From assembly GCF_964204645.1 (NCBI RefSeq), contig NC_134026.1, positions 30,352,150-30,416,149 of the forward strand: a stretch of 64,000 nt of DNA, given 5' to 3'. The translations under genes were made by a program, and so were the position numbers. Positions 1 to 14,242 of the stretch are shown here, in pieces. Each line of letters begins with the position of its first letter. Within the stretch, counting starts at the first letter, position 1. Below the pieces are notes generated by a model. It made no database searches. It had not been told where the DNA came from and saw nothing but the letters and a program-made list of their open reading frames with translations. Origin of the DNA: Tubulanus polymorphus. Lineage: Eukaryota; Animalia; Nemertea.

Positions 1-615
1 TCAAGCGATCGGTGAAACGATCGAGGTTTTCGTCCGTCGATAACGAGCCGAATACATCAACTTTTCGCTGCTGAGCGACTACAGAAAATAGATTCAACTT
101 CAAACTAGGCAAATATGTAGAAACACATATCAGGGTGGTTACTACGTCTACCCCACCCCCGCCCCCTCTACAAATTCTGATTTGTCCATGTTATCACAGA
201 AAATCAGAAAGGTTTAAAATGTTACAATTTATTCATTTTCTTATGAATCAGTAGACCCCAATTAGCAAATATTGTGGCCATAGATGAATTCCAGGTTTTC
301 CCTGATTTGTCTAGATTTTCCAGGTCAGTGGCCACCCTGAGTATATAGAACACCAACAATAATGAATATTAATTATTCAATATTAAACAGAAACATTCTA
401 ATAGATTTTCATTGTTAAATCTGAGTTTTGGTGAAGCGTTTTCTTACTTGCACTAAGTGATTTATCAGCTGGTAATGAATGACGTGATGGACTTGTCAGT
501 GGTAATCCACCATTAACTACCATATCAACAGCATCATCCATTGCTGCAACTACTAACTTAGCACTTTTAGTATCTAACTGTAATAACTCAGCTATAGCTA
601 AGACATTGACATCTT

Positions 616-648
<33 letters not shown>

Positions 649-3600
649 TAGCACCACTAGACCCAACTCTATCATCATTACTATAATGAAATAATAAATA
701 CACTCTCAATAACTACTACTAATGTACCACAATAACTACTAATGTACCAAGATATTTGCATGGTTTTTTCACTGATCCTTGACCAAAAGTTCTCTGATTA
801 AATTATAAGATATCCACATTGAGGCTATTTGTGATCCAGTGGTTCCTTGTGCCACTCAACACCAGCAAGTACAACAAGACACTTAAAATTCAAATTCCCG
901 TGACTTCTCCCAGATTTTCAAGAAAAGTGTCAGAATTCTTTGATTTTCCCATATCTGTAAGAACCCTGAAATACCTTAGATACCTTACTAATATTAGCCT
1001 ACATTATTCTACTATACGAACCTTGACGCAACTGTAGCCATAGCGCCTTCTAAACTATCAACTTCATGATCATGGCTAGCGCAATTCTTTTCAACATCAT
1101 TATCACCAGACCTGTTGAAATAAAATTCCCTCCGATTACATCCAGTAGATTACATTGGTCAATCAGACCCAGTAAAACTCTGTTCAACACTTACATCGTT
1201 TCCTCATCGATATCATTCTCATCGTTGCTGTTATGAGCTTCAAATGTTTCAACTTCTTCGTGAGATTCATCAAGATGCTCCATACTCATATCCTGTATAC
1301 AGTATGGATTTATATTTACTGAATGCAGGTGATTTAAAACCGTCGGTTTTTTGGTAAAACTTACGGCCAATGATTCTGAACTTGTGCTGCCATCTTCATG
1401 ACTCGTATCATCAAGAAGCATTTCCTGTAATTCGAGCCCCTCTGAACATTGAGTGACTTGCGGTCGAATTGGTTTCGGTTGAAGAACTGAATGTTGTTGT
1501 GGCCCGTCTGTGCTATGTGCAGGATCTATTAACGGTATATGACTGTTGTTATCTGTGAATGAGAATAAATACATTTTTACTGCGTATATTCAACTCTACA
1601 AATGATTTAGAGTAAACTTCACTTTCTGACAAACTGGCACCAGACCGAATCAAGGATCAAAAGGATAAAACAGCAAAGTGCGAATCAAGGATCGAAAAAA
1701 TAAAACAGGAAATCAGAAAATGGTATATTATTTTTTCTAGGTAAATGTGATTTAGATAGTGAGATTTACTGTATGATATTTACCGGGTGAAGCCGCCTTC
1801 TTCGGCTGATGACGAGATAGTTCATAAGCTAACCTCTGAAATAACAATCCATGAATCGAGAGAGCCGTGATGGTTCAATATTCATGAAGATTATCAAAGA
1901 ATATTTCGCTATCAAATGTACTCACTGACCTCTTTAAGATCATTGACTTGAACGATATAATGAGACTGGGTCGACTCCAACTGATTGATATACCTGTTTG
2001 TAAATCAGAGAGAAAACGTCACAATAAACACGACGTGTGAATCTCAAGAGCTGCGTACACGTCACTTACCACTGTTGGTCTCTACTCTTCTGATAGAAAG
2101 TCGGCGGTCGAACTTGGAATCGAAGAATCAATGTATCGGCTTCCGTATTCAAATAACCCTCACTGCCGAGTAAATCCAATCGGAAGAATCTGTTATACCC
2201 CCAACATTCACCGACTTCAAAATCAGACGCGAATTCCCTCACGATGTTCTTACTGCTGTCTCTAGAAGCCTGATGTACCATCTCCACTCTATACTCGTAT
2301 CTACAACGTTCAATTTAATATACACGTTATTAGATCTATTTCAGACACAACGAGTCATCCTCCCCCGGCAGGGATTCGAACCTGATGGCATCGAGATTGC
2401 CACGGCACGAAACCCTGCCATAATCGACCGTGTGCGCAGATACATGCGCAGTTCAGATGATGTGATTTTTAGCCAATCAGAAATCCCGTTTTATTTTAGC
2501 CAGGGTTTTCCCATTTATAGTTCTTCCTTGACATTTGCCTCAACGATTATACAACGAGCAATCTGATTGGTGCCGCCAGTTTTCGTTCGGAAAGCTGCGC
2601 ATGTACCTGCGCACCCGGTCTACTGATGCAGGGGTTCGTGCCGTGGCTGAGTGTAGCGATGCCATCAGGTTCGAGTCCCTGCAGAGGGAGGATGCAATGA
2701 GTAGACACAGACAAACAATAGAGTATCACTTACTTCGATGTTTCGGGTAACCCAGCTGACAATTCTAAAAACACAGATAAATAATTACCACGAACTACGC
2801 CGTTTCCATCCTGAAAACGATGAAATGTGAAATAAATTTTCAATTTACGAATGACTCCAAGAATAAAGATTGTTTTTAAAATCTTACAGGATAAACTTTC
2901 AGTCGCCAACTCAATCCAGAGACATGTAAGGGTTGACTGTAAACGGGGTCAGCGCGTTGTTGTAAAGCGCTAAAACTATTCATTACAAATGTACTGCTAT
3001 CATACTGAGGTACGATCTCACTGAAATAGAGGAAAATATCATCAATGAATTCAGCATGAAAATGATTAGGATTGAATGAATGAAGGATTGAATGAATGAA
3101 TGACTACCTAGTGAAATCAGCAGGAACTGGAGCCGTAACAAATGAAGCCATCGGTTTACGATGAACTTGTGTAAACATCTGTAACAGTTCCAAACTTTTA
3201 CCGATCAATTCATTTTTTGAGCTGCAACGTAACTGATGTTCAACTTCTTGTAAAACCGATTCAATCAGTTCAGTTTCCTGAGTCAGTTGACTTCGTTGAC
3301 CTTTAAATAAAAACAACAAATTATCAAATGATGTAATTTGGAATGGAGGAAAGTAGATTTTTGTTTCCATAGACAAATGATCGTCTAATTCAGTTGAAGA
3401 AAAAAACCACAATTTAGAGGCAAAAACTTCCGGTAATAGAGGATATTGATGTCTCAACTCAAATACTTTGGGAAATATTCAGAATGTTTTGATAAGTTTG
3501 GTGGAGGAGAGCCGTGTTAACACCTGGTGTACCTGCTGTACTTTATAGGTTAACTAGACTCTAGAACTCTATTAGCTTCAACTTCATAATTGAGGGTTTT

Positions 3601-5570
3601 TTCTTTAAACATCGATTTACGAACAGAATTCATACCCATTAACGTTAAAAGTTTGCTTTTAAGTTGAGATTCAAGACGAGCGATCATTAATTCAACAGCG
3701 TTTCTGATTTCACGAACTCTTTCATCTTTAGCGTTCTTGACACTTTCAACATTCCGTTCCTAAAACACACGAGATAAAACGAAATCATCATACTCATTGA
3801 ATCAACAGGTACTCATTGAATCAACAGGTACTCATTGAATTTATCGGATACTCATTGAAACTATCGGGTACTCATTGAATCTATCGGGTACTCAGTGAAT
3901 CTATCAGGTACTCATTGAAACTATCAGGTACTCATTGAATCTATCGGGTACTCAGTGAATCTATTGGGTACTCATTGAATCTATCGGGTACTCATTGAAT
4001 CTATCGGGTACTAAGTGAATCTTTCAGGTACTCATTGAATCATCATCATCATCATTAATGAAGGATCTGTGATAGGCTCAGAGAGTCTCTGTGGTTATCC
4101 TCCAGTTTGGAAAAAGACAGCGACTCCCTTTCTCGTTAGGTTAATCTAACTACGAATCTATCGCGTACTCATTGAATATACCGGGTACTCAGTGAATTCA
4201 CTGGATACTCAGTAAATCCCCTGGGTACTCAGTGGAATCAACCGGAGACTCATTGAATCTGCTGGTTAGGCCTACTCAAAATTAAATCTAAAAATACTTA
4301 CAACTTCTTGAACTAATGAAATCAGTTCAACATGACGACGTTTTAAACAAGTCACTTCTTCTTTTATTCGATTCACATGTTCTTCATAAACGGTAACGAA
4401 TGGTTTGAACGTGTGTTGAGAATGCTGCAATTAGAAAAACAATTCACTCGTTAAAAACGTCGTTAGTTAGTTCTACAACTTACGAGTTCAACCTCGATGA
4501 ATATGTGAAATATAGTCAACAAACTCATTCAATTTTTCGACTAACACTTAGTGAATAAAATTGAAAATATAAATTTGGACTAGGAAATAGAGTCAACTTT
4601 AGAAATGTGACGACAACTGAGGTGAGTGTGACAGTGATAGCATACCGTTCCTTCCCACAGCGCGCACTGATGACAGATTGCTAGGCGACACGTCCAACAA
4701 TAAACGCTCAATTTCTCCTTATGTTGTTCACATCTACAGAATAGAAATGAATCGAATTTTTAGACACAGTTTTAAATCAGACCTTTGAATATATACCACG
4801 ACATATGAAGCAACTAGAGTTTAGGTGACCCCTGAGTGACATACTTACTTGTCTTTATCAGGCTCTTCAGCCTTCGGTGCCGGGCCACATAACTGTAGGG
4901 TATCTAATTGTTGAGTGACCTCTTCAGCCCAGCGACAGTTAACTAGTTCATGAAGGTGAAGAGAGGCTCGACAATGAGGACATTGAGAACGCTGTTCGGT
5001 TAACCATCGTCTTATGCACATAAAACAACATAGTTTCGAACAATGAGGACATAATCTCGCGTCTCTCAACTTCTCCATACAAATAAAACATCGGAAAACC
5101 TCAGCGAGACTCTGAAAATAAAGAACACTCCGTTAATTACCTTGTGCTGTGTCCTGCTGGCGGTGTTTGTGTTAGAACAACCTCAAGAAAATGCGATAGA
5201 ATAATAATAATAATAATCTATTGAGCCTAAAACCCATATAAAATATGCTCATTGGCTTTACAATTTAAACATAAAGATAGAAAAAACAATTTACATCATT
5301 AGTTAAAAGCATTAGTGAACAAATGGGTTTTAAGTTGCGATTTAAAAACATCAGTAGAAGGACTAGATTTAATTGCATCTGATAAGGAGTTCCAAAGTAG
5401 TGGGGCGGAGTAAGAAAAGGCCCTGTGACCCGCAGAGACTAGATTGACACGAGGTCGAGGGATGACTAGAAGTGATTGACTGTTTGATCTTAACACTCTA
5501 GAATAACTACCTCAACTCCTGAAGTATCATCTCGTCTTGGTTGTTCTTTATTTGTACCACCTGGAGACAT
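1..5570 (-). CDS. TRIM37: E3 ubiquitin ligase TRIM37 (RING, B-box, coiled-coil, MATH), multi-exon, continues past window start
   Basis: ATG at 5570 ([20 protein letters not shown], donor after 5511). Exon ~5111-4849 reads [43 protein letters not shown]. Further exons at about 4734-4647, 4424-4302, 3760-3637, 3300-3108 ([18 protein letters not shown]), 3020-2890, 2811-2733, 2300-2070 ([24 protein letters not shown]), 1993-1930, 1836-1784, 1552-1195, 1111-1020, 680-449 and <80. Closely matches recalled human TRIM37. Confidence 0.96.
2356..2694. mobile_element. MITE (CATCC...GGATG) copy 1
   Basis: ~60-bp imperfect TIRs; flanks caacgagt / caatgagt; near-identical to 13586-13920. Confidence 0.85.
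3790..4260. repeat. ~20-bp minisatellite (tactcattgaatctatcggg), intronic
   Basis: About 12 tandem units to 4040, then looser units at 4135-4260. Confidence 0.9.
5200..5498 (-). mobile_element. 5'-truncated L2/CR1-group LINE 3' end in TRIM37 intron 1
   Basis: [38 protein letters not shown] matches the typical ORF2 C-terminus, followed by a short 3'UTR and (ATT)n tail. Confidence 0.85.
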
Positions 5571-6049
5571 TCTGATATCTGGATGTGATCTTTTTAAAGA
5601 TAGACACGGATTCTTCAACCCTTTTCGTTCAACTTTCTCCACTAAAAGGCGGTGTCCCTTCTCTAATTACGAACACTTTAACGCAACACCAGGTCTGAGG
5701 TCTCCTTTAGAACTGACGTGTTTTAAATGACTAAACCACCATCATTCGAAAAGCGCGATGAAAATGGTTTAAAAGGGTTTTTTGTGGAAAAACGAAGAAT
5801 TTTCACGATATTTTTCTATTTTTCCTATTTTTGAATATTTCAATAATTGGTGAATGTTACTTTAATATCCTCCCATGGTTGGATTCAATTCAATTCAATT
5901 CGATATATTGCTGAAATACGGGACTCGAACCCGAACCCGCGCGATCCGCAGCATGGAGGTGTGATTGCTTGCCCCTGCACGGTTGAATGCTCCGTTTTTC
6001 CAGATTCCTGCCCCCAACTAATGTTTTTGTTCGTTGTTTGGTTGCAAAA
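5571..6049. promoter_or_regulatory. Shared bidirectional promoter and 5'UTR region of TRIM37 and Ttd14
   Basis: Divergent start codons only ~480 bp apart. Confidence 0.65.
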
Positions 6050-9000
6050 ATGTCGCAAGAAAAGTCAAAGAACGGTCATAAAGTCTATAAACTGGTGTTA
6101 ACGGGAGGTAACGTCTTTTTTAAGCTTTCTTCGTAATCCAATTCAATACAAATTTATTTACATTTTCGTGGTTGCGGGTTGTGGCCTTGTGCTAAAATAC
6201 TATTTCACTTTATAGGACCTTGTGGTGGTAAAACTACTGGACAGGCCCGTTTATCAACATTTTTTGAGAATCTTGGATGGAAGGTAATGACCAATCAATG
6301 TTTACGATAACCATTTCTATTAAGTTATTCGAAACTCATCTGGAAATAATATGTCGGCAGGCAGGCTACTTTCAGTTTCACTTCCAAATCAAATAGTAGC
6401 TATTACAAATTTTGTGATGAGCAGTGATGTATGACCATTGCTGAGATCATTCACCATGTTGTTTTATGATCACGTGATGTCTTGTGATTGATAGGTGATC
6501 AAATGTTTTCCATTGAATTACAGGTTTACAGAGTTCCAGAATGTGCTACAGTTTTAATGAGGTAAAAATTAAAACCATCGAAACAGCATTGAATCTATTT
6601 AAATATATATTACTGAAAATTGATGACATGAATTTATGTTTCAGCGGTGGAGTGAAATGGACAGAATTATCTAAAGAAGCTGGTAAGTTTTAGAATGCAT
6701 TAGAAACTAATGATTTCATCGATCAACTACATCAGATAAATAAATAAGATATCATCGCCTTTTTTCATCTGTATCGAAGAGATCAAAGAAAAGGCAAAAA
6801 CTTCCAATCAAAAGAGAAATTGATTGAATTCGAGAAAGAGTGCGAAAGGCTCTATAATACAGTATACCCGGTACTTTGCTTGCCTCAGTTCTTGCTTGAT
6901 CAATCAGTGAAGAGGCCACAACTGAATTCTCAGGAGCAGTCGAAGCGTTTACGACATTTCACATTAATTGAAGTAGGAAAAATTTCAAATATTTTGTTGC
7001 TGGTTCACTGATTATCTGAGGCAAGTGCAGGTCTACTGTATTTTTGTAACTGAGAAGGAATTGTTTGATAATCGCATCACGTTTCAGTTTACAAATTCCA
7101 AGAGAATTTGATATACACAATGACGTCGATCGAGGACACATTTTTCGACCTCGCTGCAGAAACCGACTGTGATTGTGTTATTATATGTGATCGCGGTGTA
7201 ATGGATGCCACGTGTTGTAAGCGGCTGGTGACACTTCACTTCACTCTGACTGACTCGCCAACTTTGACTCTGGAAATCACAAAATTAATCCATAGAATAT
7301 CAGTCTTCAGGACCCAGTTCCTCAGTTGTGCGTGAAGATTTCATTTTAGAATTGAAATGAGAGTCAAATTTAACCATGAACTCTAGTGTAACTGAGCCTT
7401 GCATTGTTGAGTTTTATTTGACAGGGTGGCGCCACTTACTCGGAAATCAGGGAAAAGTCTGTTCTGAAATAATCGTCAGGGAATTTTGTGTAAAAGCTAA
7501 AAGTCAGGGAAAAGTCTGTTCTGAAATAATCGTCAGGGAATTTTGTGTAAAAGCTAAAAGTCAGGGAAAAGTCTGTTCTGAAATAATCGTCAGGGAATTT
7601 TGTGTAAAAGTCTGGGAAATTTGTTGAAAATGCGTTCATTTTACTTAAGAATAAAATCAAACCTTTAACTAAGTTCTGTGGAACCGGATCCTGATTCTGT
7701 GTGTGATTGTGATTTTTCCAAAGTTGGAAATTTGTTAACCCTTTAATGCTTGTGTGAGTTTCTAGCATGTAGATACAACCCTTTTACATATGGGTCAGAT
7801 TGATGTGGAAAATTGTGAAGAAAATTATTAGTGAAAAATCTGGAAAATTTATGTTTGAAATAAATGTGAAAACTCCTGGTATTTTTTTTTGTTAGAAAAT
7901 GTGAAAAAGCCAATTCGAAGACTGTGAAATGATTTGAGAATTCAATCAATCTGACCCGAGTTCAGCTGGAACTTTGAAACAATGATATTCTGTATTCTGT
8001 GCTCAAGTTACAGAATCGGTTGATATGGTTATAATATGTTAAACCTCTCTAATAAACTCTAACAAACTTCTTCAATTGATATTTGAATTTCAGCTTATAA
8101 ATTCCAAATGGATCTATTGAATACAATGATGACCATTGAAAACACATATACGCGATTAGCGGAATCAAGTGATTCTAATTGTGTAGTTATATGTGATAGA
8201 GGAACTATGGATTGTACAGCTTGTGAGTAACTTCAGCGTAACACCGCCTAATCTATATATCATATAGCGGAATTTAACCCTTTCAGTGCTTGTACCTCTC
8301 TATACAGTGTATATTATTATATTTCATCCACCCTATATATTGTGCCTGTGGTGCGGTGTATCCATGTAATTTATGGATTAATCGGTTTAGATTTCTATTG
8401 AAAGATAGCAGCACCTGTCAAATATTGTAAGTAATGATACACTGCACTATAGAATACACAATATAATGGTACGTTCGTTATACATCGCACTGGAGTGAAA
8501 TTTACCAGAATTTTCAAATTATCTCTGACCAGTATTTTAAGGTATGAAACTGTCAGCGCTGAAAAGGTTAAAGCATTAGAAATTAGAACAGCAACAGCTT
8601 AGAATGATTGAATCACTATTGAATAAGAACTTGGTTTTATGATGTTTTGGTTGAAGATTCTGCATTGTTCTATTCAGTTGTGTTTTGTTGTTCACTAATA
8701 TTTCATGCAGTTATTTAAAAACTAACTGAATCATTTGTGTTCGTTAGTAAAGCAATGATATTCCCTATAATTACAATGATTAAATGCTGAATTATTTAAG
8801 TTGCGTTGTCAAAAAAGTAATATTTTTATACGGAAACAAATAATGTTTAAGTCGTCACATTTTTAAAGTCTTTTCTATTTTTGGTTATTTGTATTTCTGA
8901 ATTAATTTACTAAGTATAAGTCATTTGGATACCAGTAAGTCATAGATGTTAATCCCAACTATGACGACTTATAACGAGTTTCACCGTAGCATGTTTAGAT

Positions 9001-11922
9001 GAAGTAGTTACCGATATTTGTTAGATATGGAGCCCGGTCAGTGGGAAAAAATGAAAAAGGAGAACGATTGGAACGATGTTGAATTACGCGATTCTCGATA
9101 TAATCAGATTATTCACATGGTATCGGCTGCAAAAGGTGCCGAAGAGTTTTATACGACCGAAGATCACGCGACACGTTACGAAGGAATTGAACAGGCTCGA
9201 CAGCTCGACGATTACGCTGCACAGGTTCGTGTGAATACATCGATATCTCGCTCGTTGTGGCGACACGTTGAGATTATTCATCCGATTTATGAGATTTATT
9301 TTAGAGTCAAATAAGATTCTAATCTGTGTAAACTTTACATGAATGAATAAATCCCACAAATGTTAGAGTCAAATAAAACTCTGATCCATGTTAATTTTAG
9401 ATGAATGAAGAAATCCCACAATAGAATTTATATGATGATGAAATTTTTTAAAATGAAACCACTACGTTTCGACTGTTGACTAACAGCCAATTATCTGGTG
9501 GAATGACCAGAAACACAAGTGACAAAGTATATTAACTCACAGAGATTTATTTTACTGACAGAATGAAGTTGTATATTGTAGGCGTGGGTCGGTCATCCGT
9601 ACTACGATGTGATCAATAATGAAGTAGGATTCGAACAAAAACTGATGAAAATGATAGCGGTAAATTTTCAGCTCTCAGATTCCGATTCTTTGAATCAGTG
9701 ACGTTAACTGTGAGTTAATGTTAAATGTTTATTATAGGCTGTTACTAATCGATTAGGAATCGATGTTCAAGATCGTCTCAATATCAACAGTAAAAAGAGG
9801 AAATTCCTCATTAAAATGTTACCACCTAAAGAAGTAAGTGTCCGTTCTCTTCCCATTCCCTTCAATTTCAATTTATTTCATAAGAAAGCACGTTATAAGA
9901 ATATTTACAAACAGAGCAAAAATAAAATTAAGAAGGCTTTCCTATGAGAGCCGAGCAAAGGCCAAAAGGCCGCTATACCAAGCACCCTTGAAAAGTAAAT
10001 AAAGAAGAGAGAGAGAAAAAAGAATAGAAAAGACAGAAAAATAACGAGGATGAGATAAGCGAAGAGAGTGATCTGTTGGTACCCCCCAGTTCTACTCTAT
10101 GTTATGTATTTCTGTTATAATCGATTTGTTATTTATCTTTTTGAAGCATTTTCCACAATTCCAAGATTTCACGGTTGTGCACGATTATTTGGTGACGCCG
10201 AGTCGTAAAATGCAGGCTCGAATCCGACGCAGAGGACAAAACGGTAAATTATCTTAAGACATTTAAATAGTTTTTCTCGGAGAATATTTCAGTTGTAATT
10301 GTTTGATTTCATTGAAGGTAATTGGACGTATACGCATACTATACGTAGACCAGAAATCAATAATCAAATTGTGGAATTAAAGATGCAAGTATCTGGACGT
10401 GATTATCAGGTAACTTTAATTATTGTTAATTAGGTATTTACTAAAGGATCGTTTACTGTTAAAAAAACAAAGCCAGCAGTTGTGCAGCAGTTCAGGTGTC
10501 CAGTTTCAAGTTAACCAGTAGATGAATATTATACTGACACTCTTTCACCGATGAAGCTTCTATACATTAGTAGCGAAAGCTCGTGCGTCAAATAAATAGT
10601 TAACCTATAATAGTACTACTCGTCTCGTTATTTATTGACACTTAAAACTGAACAAGTTACCAGAATATTTCCCACTGGTTTACTTGAACCAACTAACCGC
10701 AGCTCTGTGGAACTGGATCCTGAGTTCAGAGTTAACTCTACCTCACAACTGTGGAACCAGATCCTGAGTTCAGAGTTAACTCTACCTCACAACTGTGGAA
10801 CTGGATCCTGAGTTCAGAGTTAACTCTACCTCACAACTGTGGAACTGGATCCTGAGTTCAGAGTTAACTCTACCTCACAACTGTGGAACTGGATCCTGAG
10901 TTCAGAGTTAACTCTACCTCACAACTGTGGAACCGGATCCTGAGTTCAGAGTTAACTTACCTCACAACTGTGGAACTGGATCCTGAGTCTACCTCACAAC
11001 TGTGGAACCGGATCCTGAGTTCAGAGTATCGGATCCTGAAATTTATTTAATTGATTTTACAGATTCTTCTCGCTCAACGTGATGAGAAACACTACACGAT
11101 TTATAAGAAACGTCGTTGTTTCCTGTGGCAGAATCAATACTATCAGATGGATATATACGAGGAACCGTGTCAATCAAAGTACGTTAACTTCACGTTAATC
11201 TGGCTATAGACGTCGTAGTTATTATTCCCTTACCGGGGTACATTAGCAAGAAAAGATTATCAGGGGATTTACAAACTTTGAGGACCTGTCTTGTGAATCA
11301 CTTATTGCGTTTGACCACCAGTAGAGGTGTTGCAGGTGATGTCACAGTCTTTTTACCGACGAGCAATGACAGCTTGTGTCGTACATAACAAGAAAAGATT
11401 ATCAGGGGGGGATTACAAACTCCGAAGGTCTGTCATGTAAATCACTTATTGTGTTTGCCAGTCAATATGACATAGTAGATTAGGCACATCAACAACAGGG
11501 CAACTAACAGTTGTTTATAAAGTTATAATTACATCATTATCAAATCCAACTTTGAACTGGATATTTAGGCGCCCAATTGCAAAATTACCCTCCGATTTAG
11601 GATATTGTGATATGTTTATTTCAGGTGTCAAGGTTTGATTATTTTGGAGACGTACACGACGACGATGGGCGACGCTAAATTACCGGACTTCTTGACGATC
11701 GAGCGAGAACTAACCGGCGATCTCGAATATTCCATGTTTAATCTGTCGATGAAAGAACAATATTCACATTTGAAACATTTTCACGACACGCGATCGTTGT
11801 CGATAGATTACGTCGACGAAAGAGATATTTGCAAAATTCAGAAAATCATCGCGAACTCGCCGTCTGCTTCAAACGGTATCGCCGAGGAGGAGAAATTCAC
11901 ATTCAACGACGTCGATAATTAG
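6050..11922 (+). CDS. Ttd14: TRPL translocation defect protein 14-like (P-loop NTPase plus CYTH-like domain)
   Basis: ATG 6050 [19 protein letters not shown]|[23 protein letters not shown] (Walker A). Later exons carry [30 protein letters not shown] (9025-9224), [14 protein letters not shown] (9582-9660), [55 protein letters not shown] and a last exon ~11626-11922 ([15 protein letters not shown]). GT-AG boundaries are consistent. Confidence 0.9.
7447..7620. repeat. 57-bp tandem repeat x3
   Basis: Units start at 7447, 7504 and 7561. Confidence 0.9.
10705..11039. repeat. 44-bp minisatellite derived from a MITE end
   Basis: ctgtggaactggatcctgagttcagagttaactctacctcacaa, about 7-8 units. Confidence 0.9.
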
Positions 11923-12728
11923 AAACTGATTCTTCGTTTCTTTGAAATTTCTCGATCGTTTGCATTTCATTCAACCTCAATTTTTGTACGGATCTCATTT
12001 TTATGCGCCTTTTACAATTTCTGATTTTAACTCGATTTACGATGAGAACAAATGAATGAATTTATATTGTCAGGGTCCCTACGACTTCTTGATTCCTTAA
12101 AACTCCTTCTAATCGGAAAATACTTAAACGTGCTTGATACTCTTTTAATTAGAACAAAAAACTTTTTTAAAACTCCTTCAATTTTAAAGAAGGATTTTCT
12201 TTTCACCCAACTAAGCGATTACCAAATTAGAAACTGAGTTTAGTTTGTGTATAGAATAGAAATTTGCTTACAAAACCACTGAATAGATAGTTTACAGAAC
12301 CGATTTAAGAGGAGTCTTACTGTAATTGGGATATGAAAGTGATGCAGACGCTTGTCGAAATCTGAAATTTTCTCGAAAGCTATCCAGGGTTGACTGATCT
12401 GTAGGGACCCTGTTGGTAATCATGTGTATGAATAAAATGTAGAAAGAAGGTTTTAATGATTAATACATGAAACGAGATGAAATTTTGTGTCAATCAATCG
12501 TATAATATGTAGATTGTATCTACTTTATTCGTCAAACTATACAGTTGATATTAAGGACTTCAAATGGTTGTGGGAAGTATTTAAGCGTTTATTTCATGTT
12601 TTTCAAAAACAGAGAATGAGAAATTCTTCTAATTCATTATTAAACTGATGGCAACTGTTTTTGCAGTATGTAGCGACGACCTAGCGTGCAACTAGCATTT
12701 ATCTTTTAAGTGTCAGTTGGTGTCATAT

Positions 12729-12948
12729 TAGGCCAAAAAAAATTGATACCTTGTTTCTCCGCTCTGCTGAGCTTGTTGACCCGGCCGGCCGCCTATCTAC
12801 CCTATACATTACTTTTTTTTAAATCGTGATCAATTTCACCATAACAGACCTGCCCGCTATAGAAGTGAACTGTTTATAAATTTTATCATATTTTACAAAA
12901 ATGACCCGGCCGCTGCGGAGAAACAAGGTATCATTTTTGTTTAGCCTT
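12729..12948. mobile_element. MITE
   Basis: TIRs taggccaaaaaaaattgataccttgtttctccgc / gcggagaaacaaggtatcatttttgtttagcctta. Confidence 0.7.
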
Positions 12949-13585
12949 ATTTTGGCATTTGAAATCCTTATCAATTGATGATAATTGTAGTAAATAAAGA
13001 GATGTCTGTAAACCGTGGTAGATCAGATGAACATACAACATGGCCGCTTACAGTTCGCGCACTTTTAAATAAACGCTGTATATTTTACGCCGTGCTAATT
13101 TATTTGAATGAATTTCAGAATAATTTCACCTGAATTATGTTTGTAAGCCAGGTTTCTGTCCCTAAATCCAGAGTATGATTAGATCAGTTTTTCATTCCTG
13201 TTCATGTAGTTCCTGTAGTTCTTGAATCCAGTTTGTTTTTTGAAGTTTTTAGCCTAGTATTTTGTGTTTGCATTTAGGTTTGCTGCTGCATATATGTGCT
13301 ATAAATATAGAAAGCAAATTTGAAAATTAGAAACCGATATCCGAATATATATCGGTTTAAAAGGAATATTATTCATTGACATAATCAGATATGAAATCTC
13401 CATCGAACTATATCAAGATAATCGATATTTATTTTCTAGTAATCATTGGTCATTGATGATATTTATTATGTTTTCTTTTGCTCCATTGCACATGTTGAGA
13501 ATAAACTGTATTCATCGCGAATGAACAATAACTACAATCTATGTATATATAATTTGACCGGTCATTCGTAGAGGAGGATCTTACC

Positions 13586-13920
13586 CATCCTCCCCCGGCA
13601 GGGATTCGAACCTGATGGCATCGAGATTGCCACGGCACGAAACCCTGCCATAATCGACCGTGTGCGCAGATACATGCGCAGTTCAGATGATATGATTTTT
13701 AGCCAATCAGAAATCCCGTTTTATTTTAGCCCGGGTTTTCCCATTTATAGTTCTTGAAATTTGCCTCAACGATTATACAACGAGATATCTGATTGGTGCC
13801 GCCAGTTTTCGTTCTGAAAGCTGCGCATGTACCTGCGCACCCGGTCTACTGATGCAGGGGTTCGTGCCGTGGCTGAGTGTAGCGATGCCATCAGGTTCGA
13901 GTCCCTGCAGAGGGAGGATG
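13586..13920. mobile_element. MITE (CATCC...GGATG) copy 2
   Basis: Same element, flanked by the direct repeat gatcttacc. Confidence 0.85.
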
Positions 13921-13981
13921 GATCTTACCATTTCTGCTGCATCAGTTCCCGATGTGCCGTCTGGTAACATTTTGGCAAAAC

Positions 13982-14242
13982 CCATCCTCGCTTGCCAGGG
14001 TTTGATTGCCACCCGCTTAAGCTCACGTCAACACAAACCCTGACCACAAATTCAAGATATGTGATATTATGGAGCAAACGTTGTGCCGGTAAAAACGTAT
14101 CTGATTGGCTAGATATATAGACTGGTGGGCGCTGAGTGGGAACCTGTCCGCCCATGAATTTGTGGGCGATGTAATAGGACCAATGAAGGGTTTTTGTTGG
14201 AGTAAGCTCGAGCGGGCGGCGATCAAACCCTGGTAAGCGAGG
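13982..14242. mobile_element. Older MITE with imperfect TIRs
   Basis: ccatcctcgcttgccagggtttgattgccacccgct versus agcgggcggcgatcaaaccctggtaagcgaggacgg. Confidence 0.6.

Noticed and set aside
619-648. GCA trinucleotide run giving poly-Ala in TRIM37
   Set aside because: Ordinary low-complexity tract in a disordered tail.
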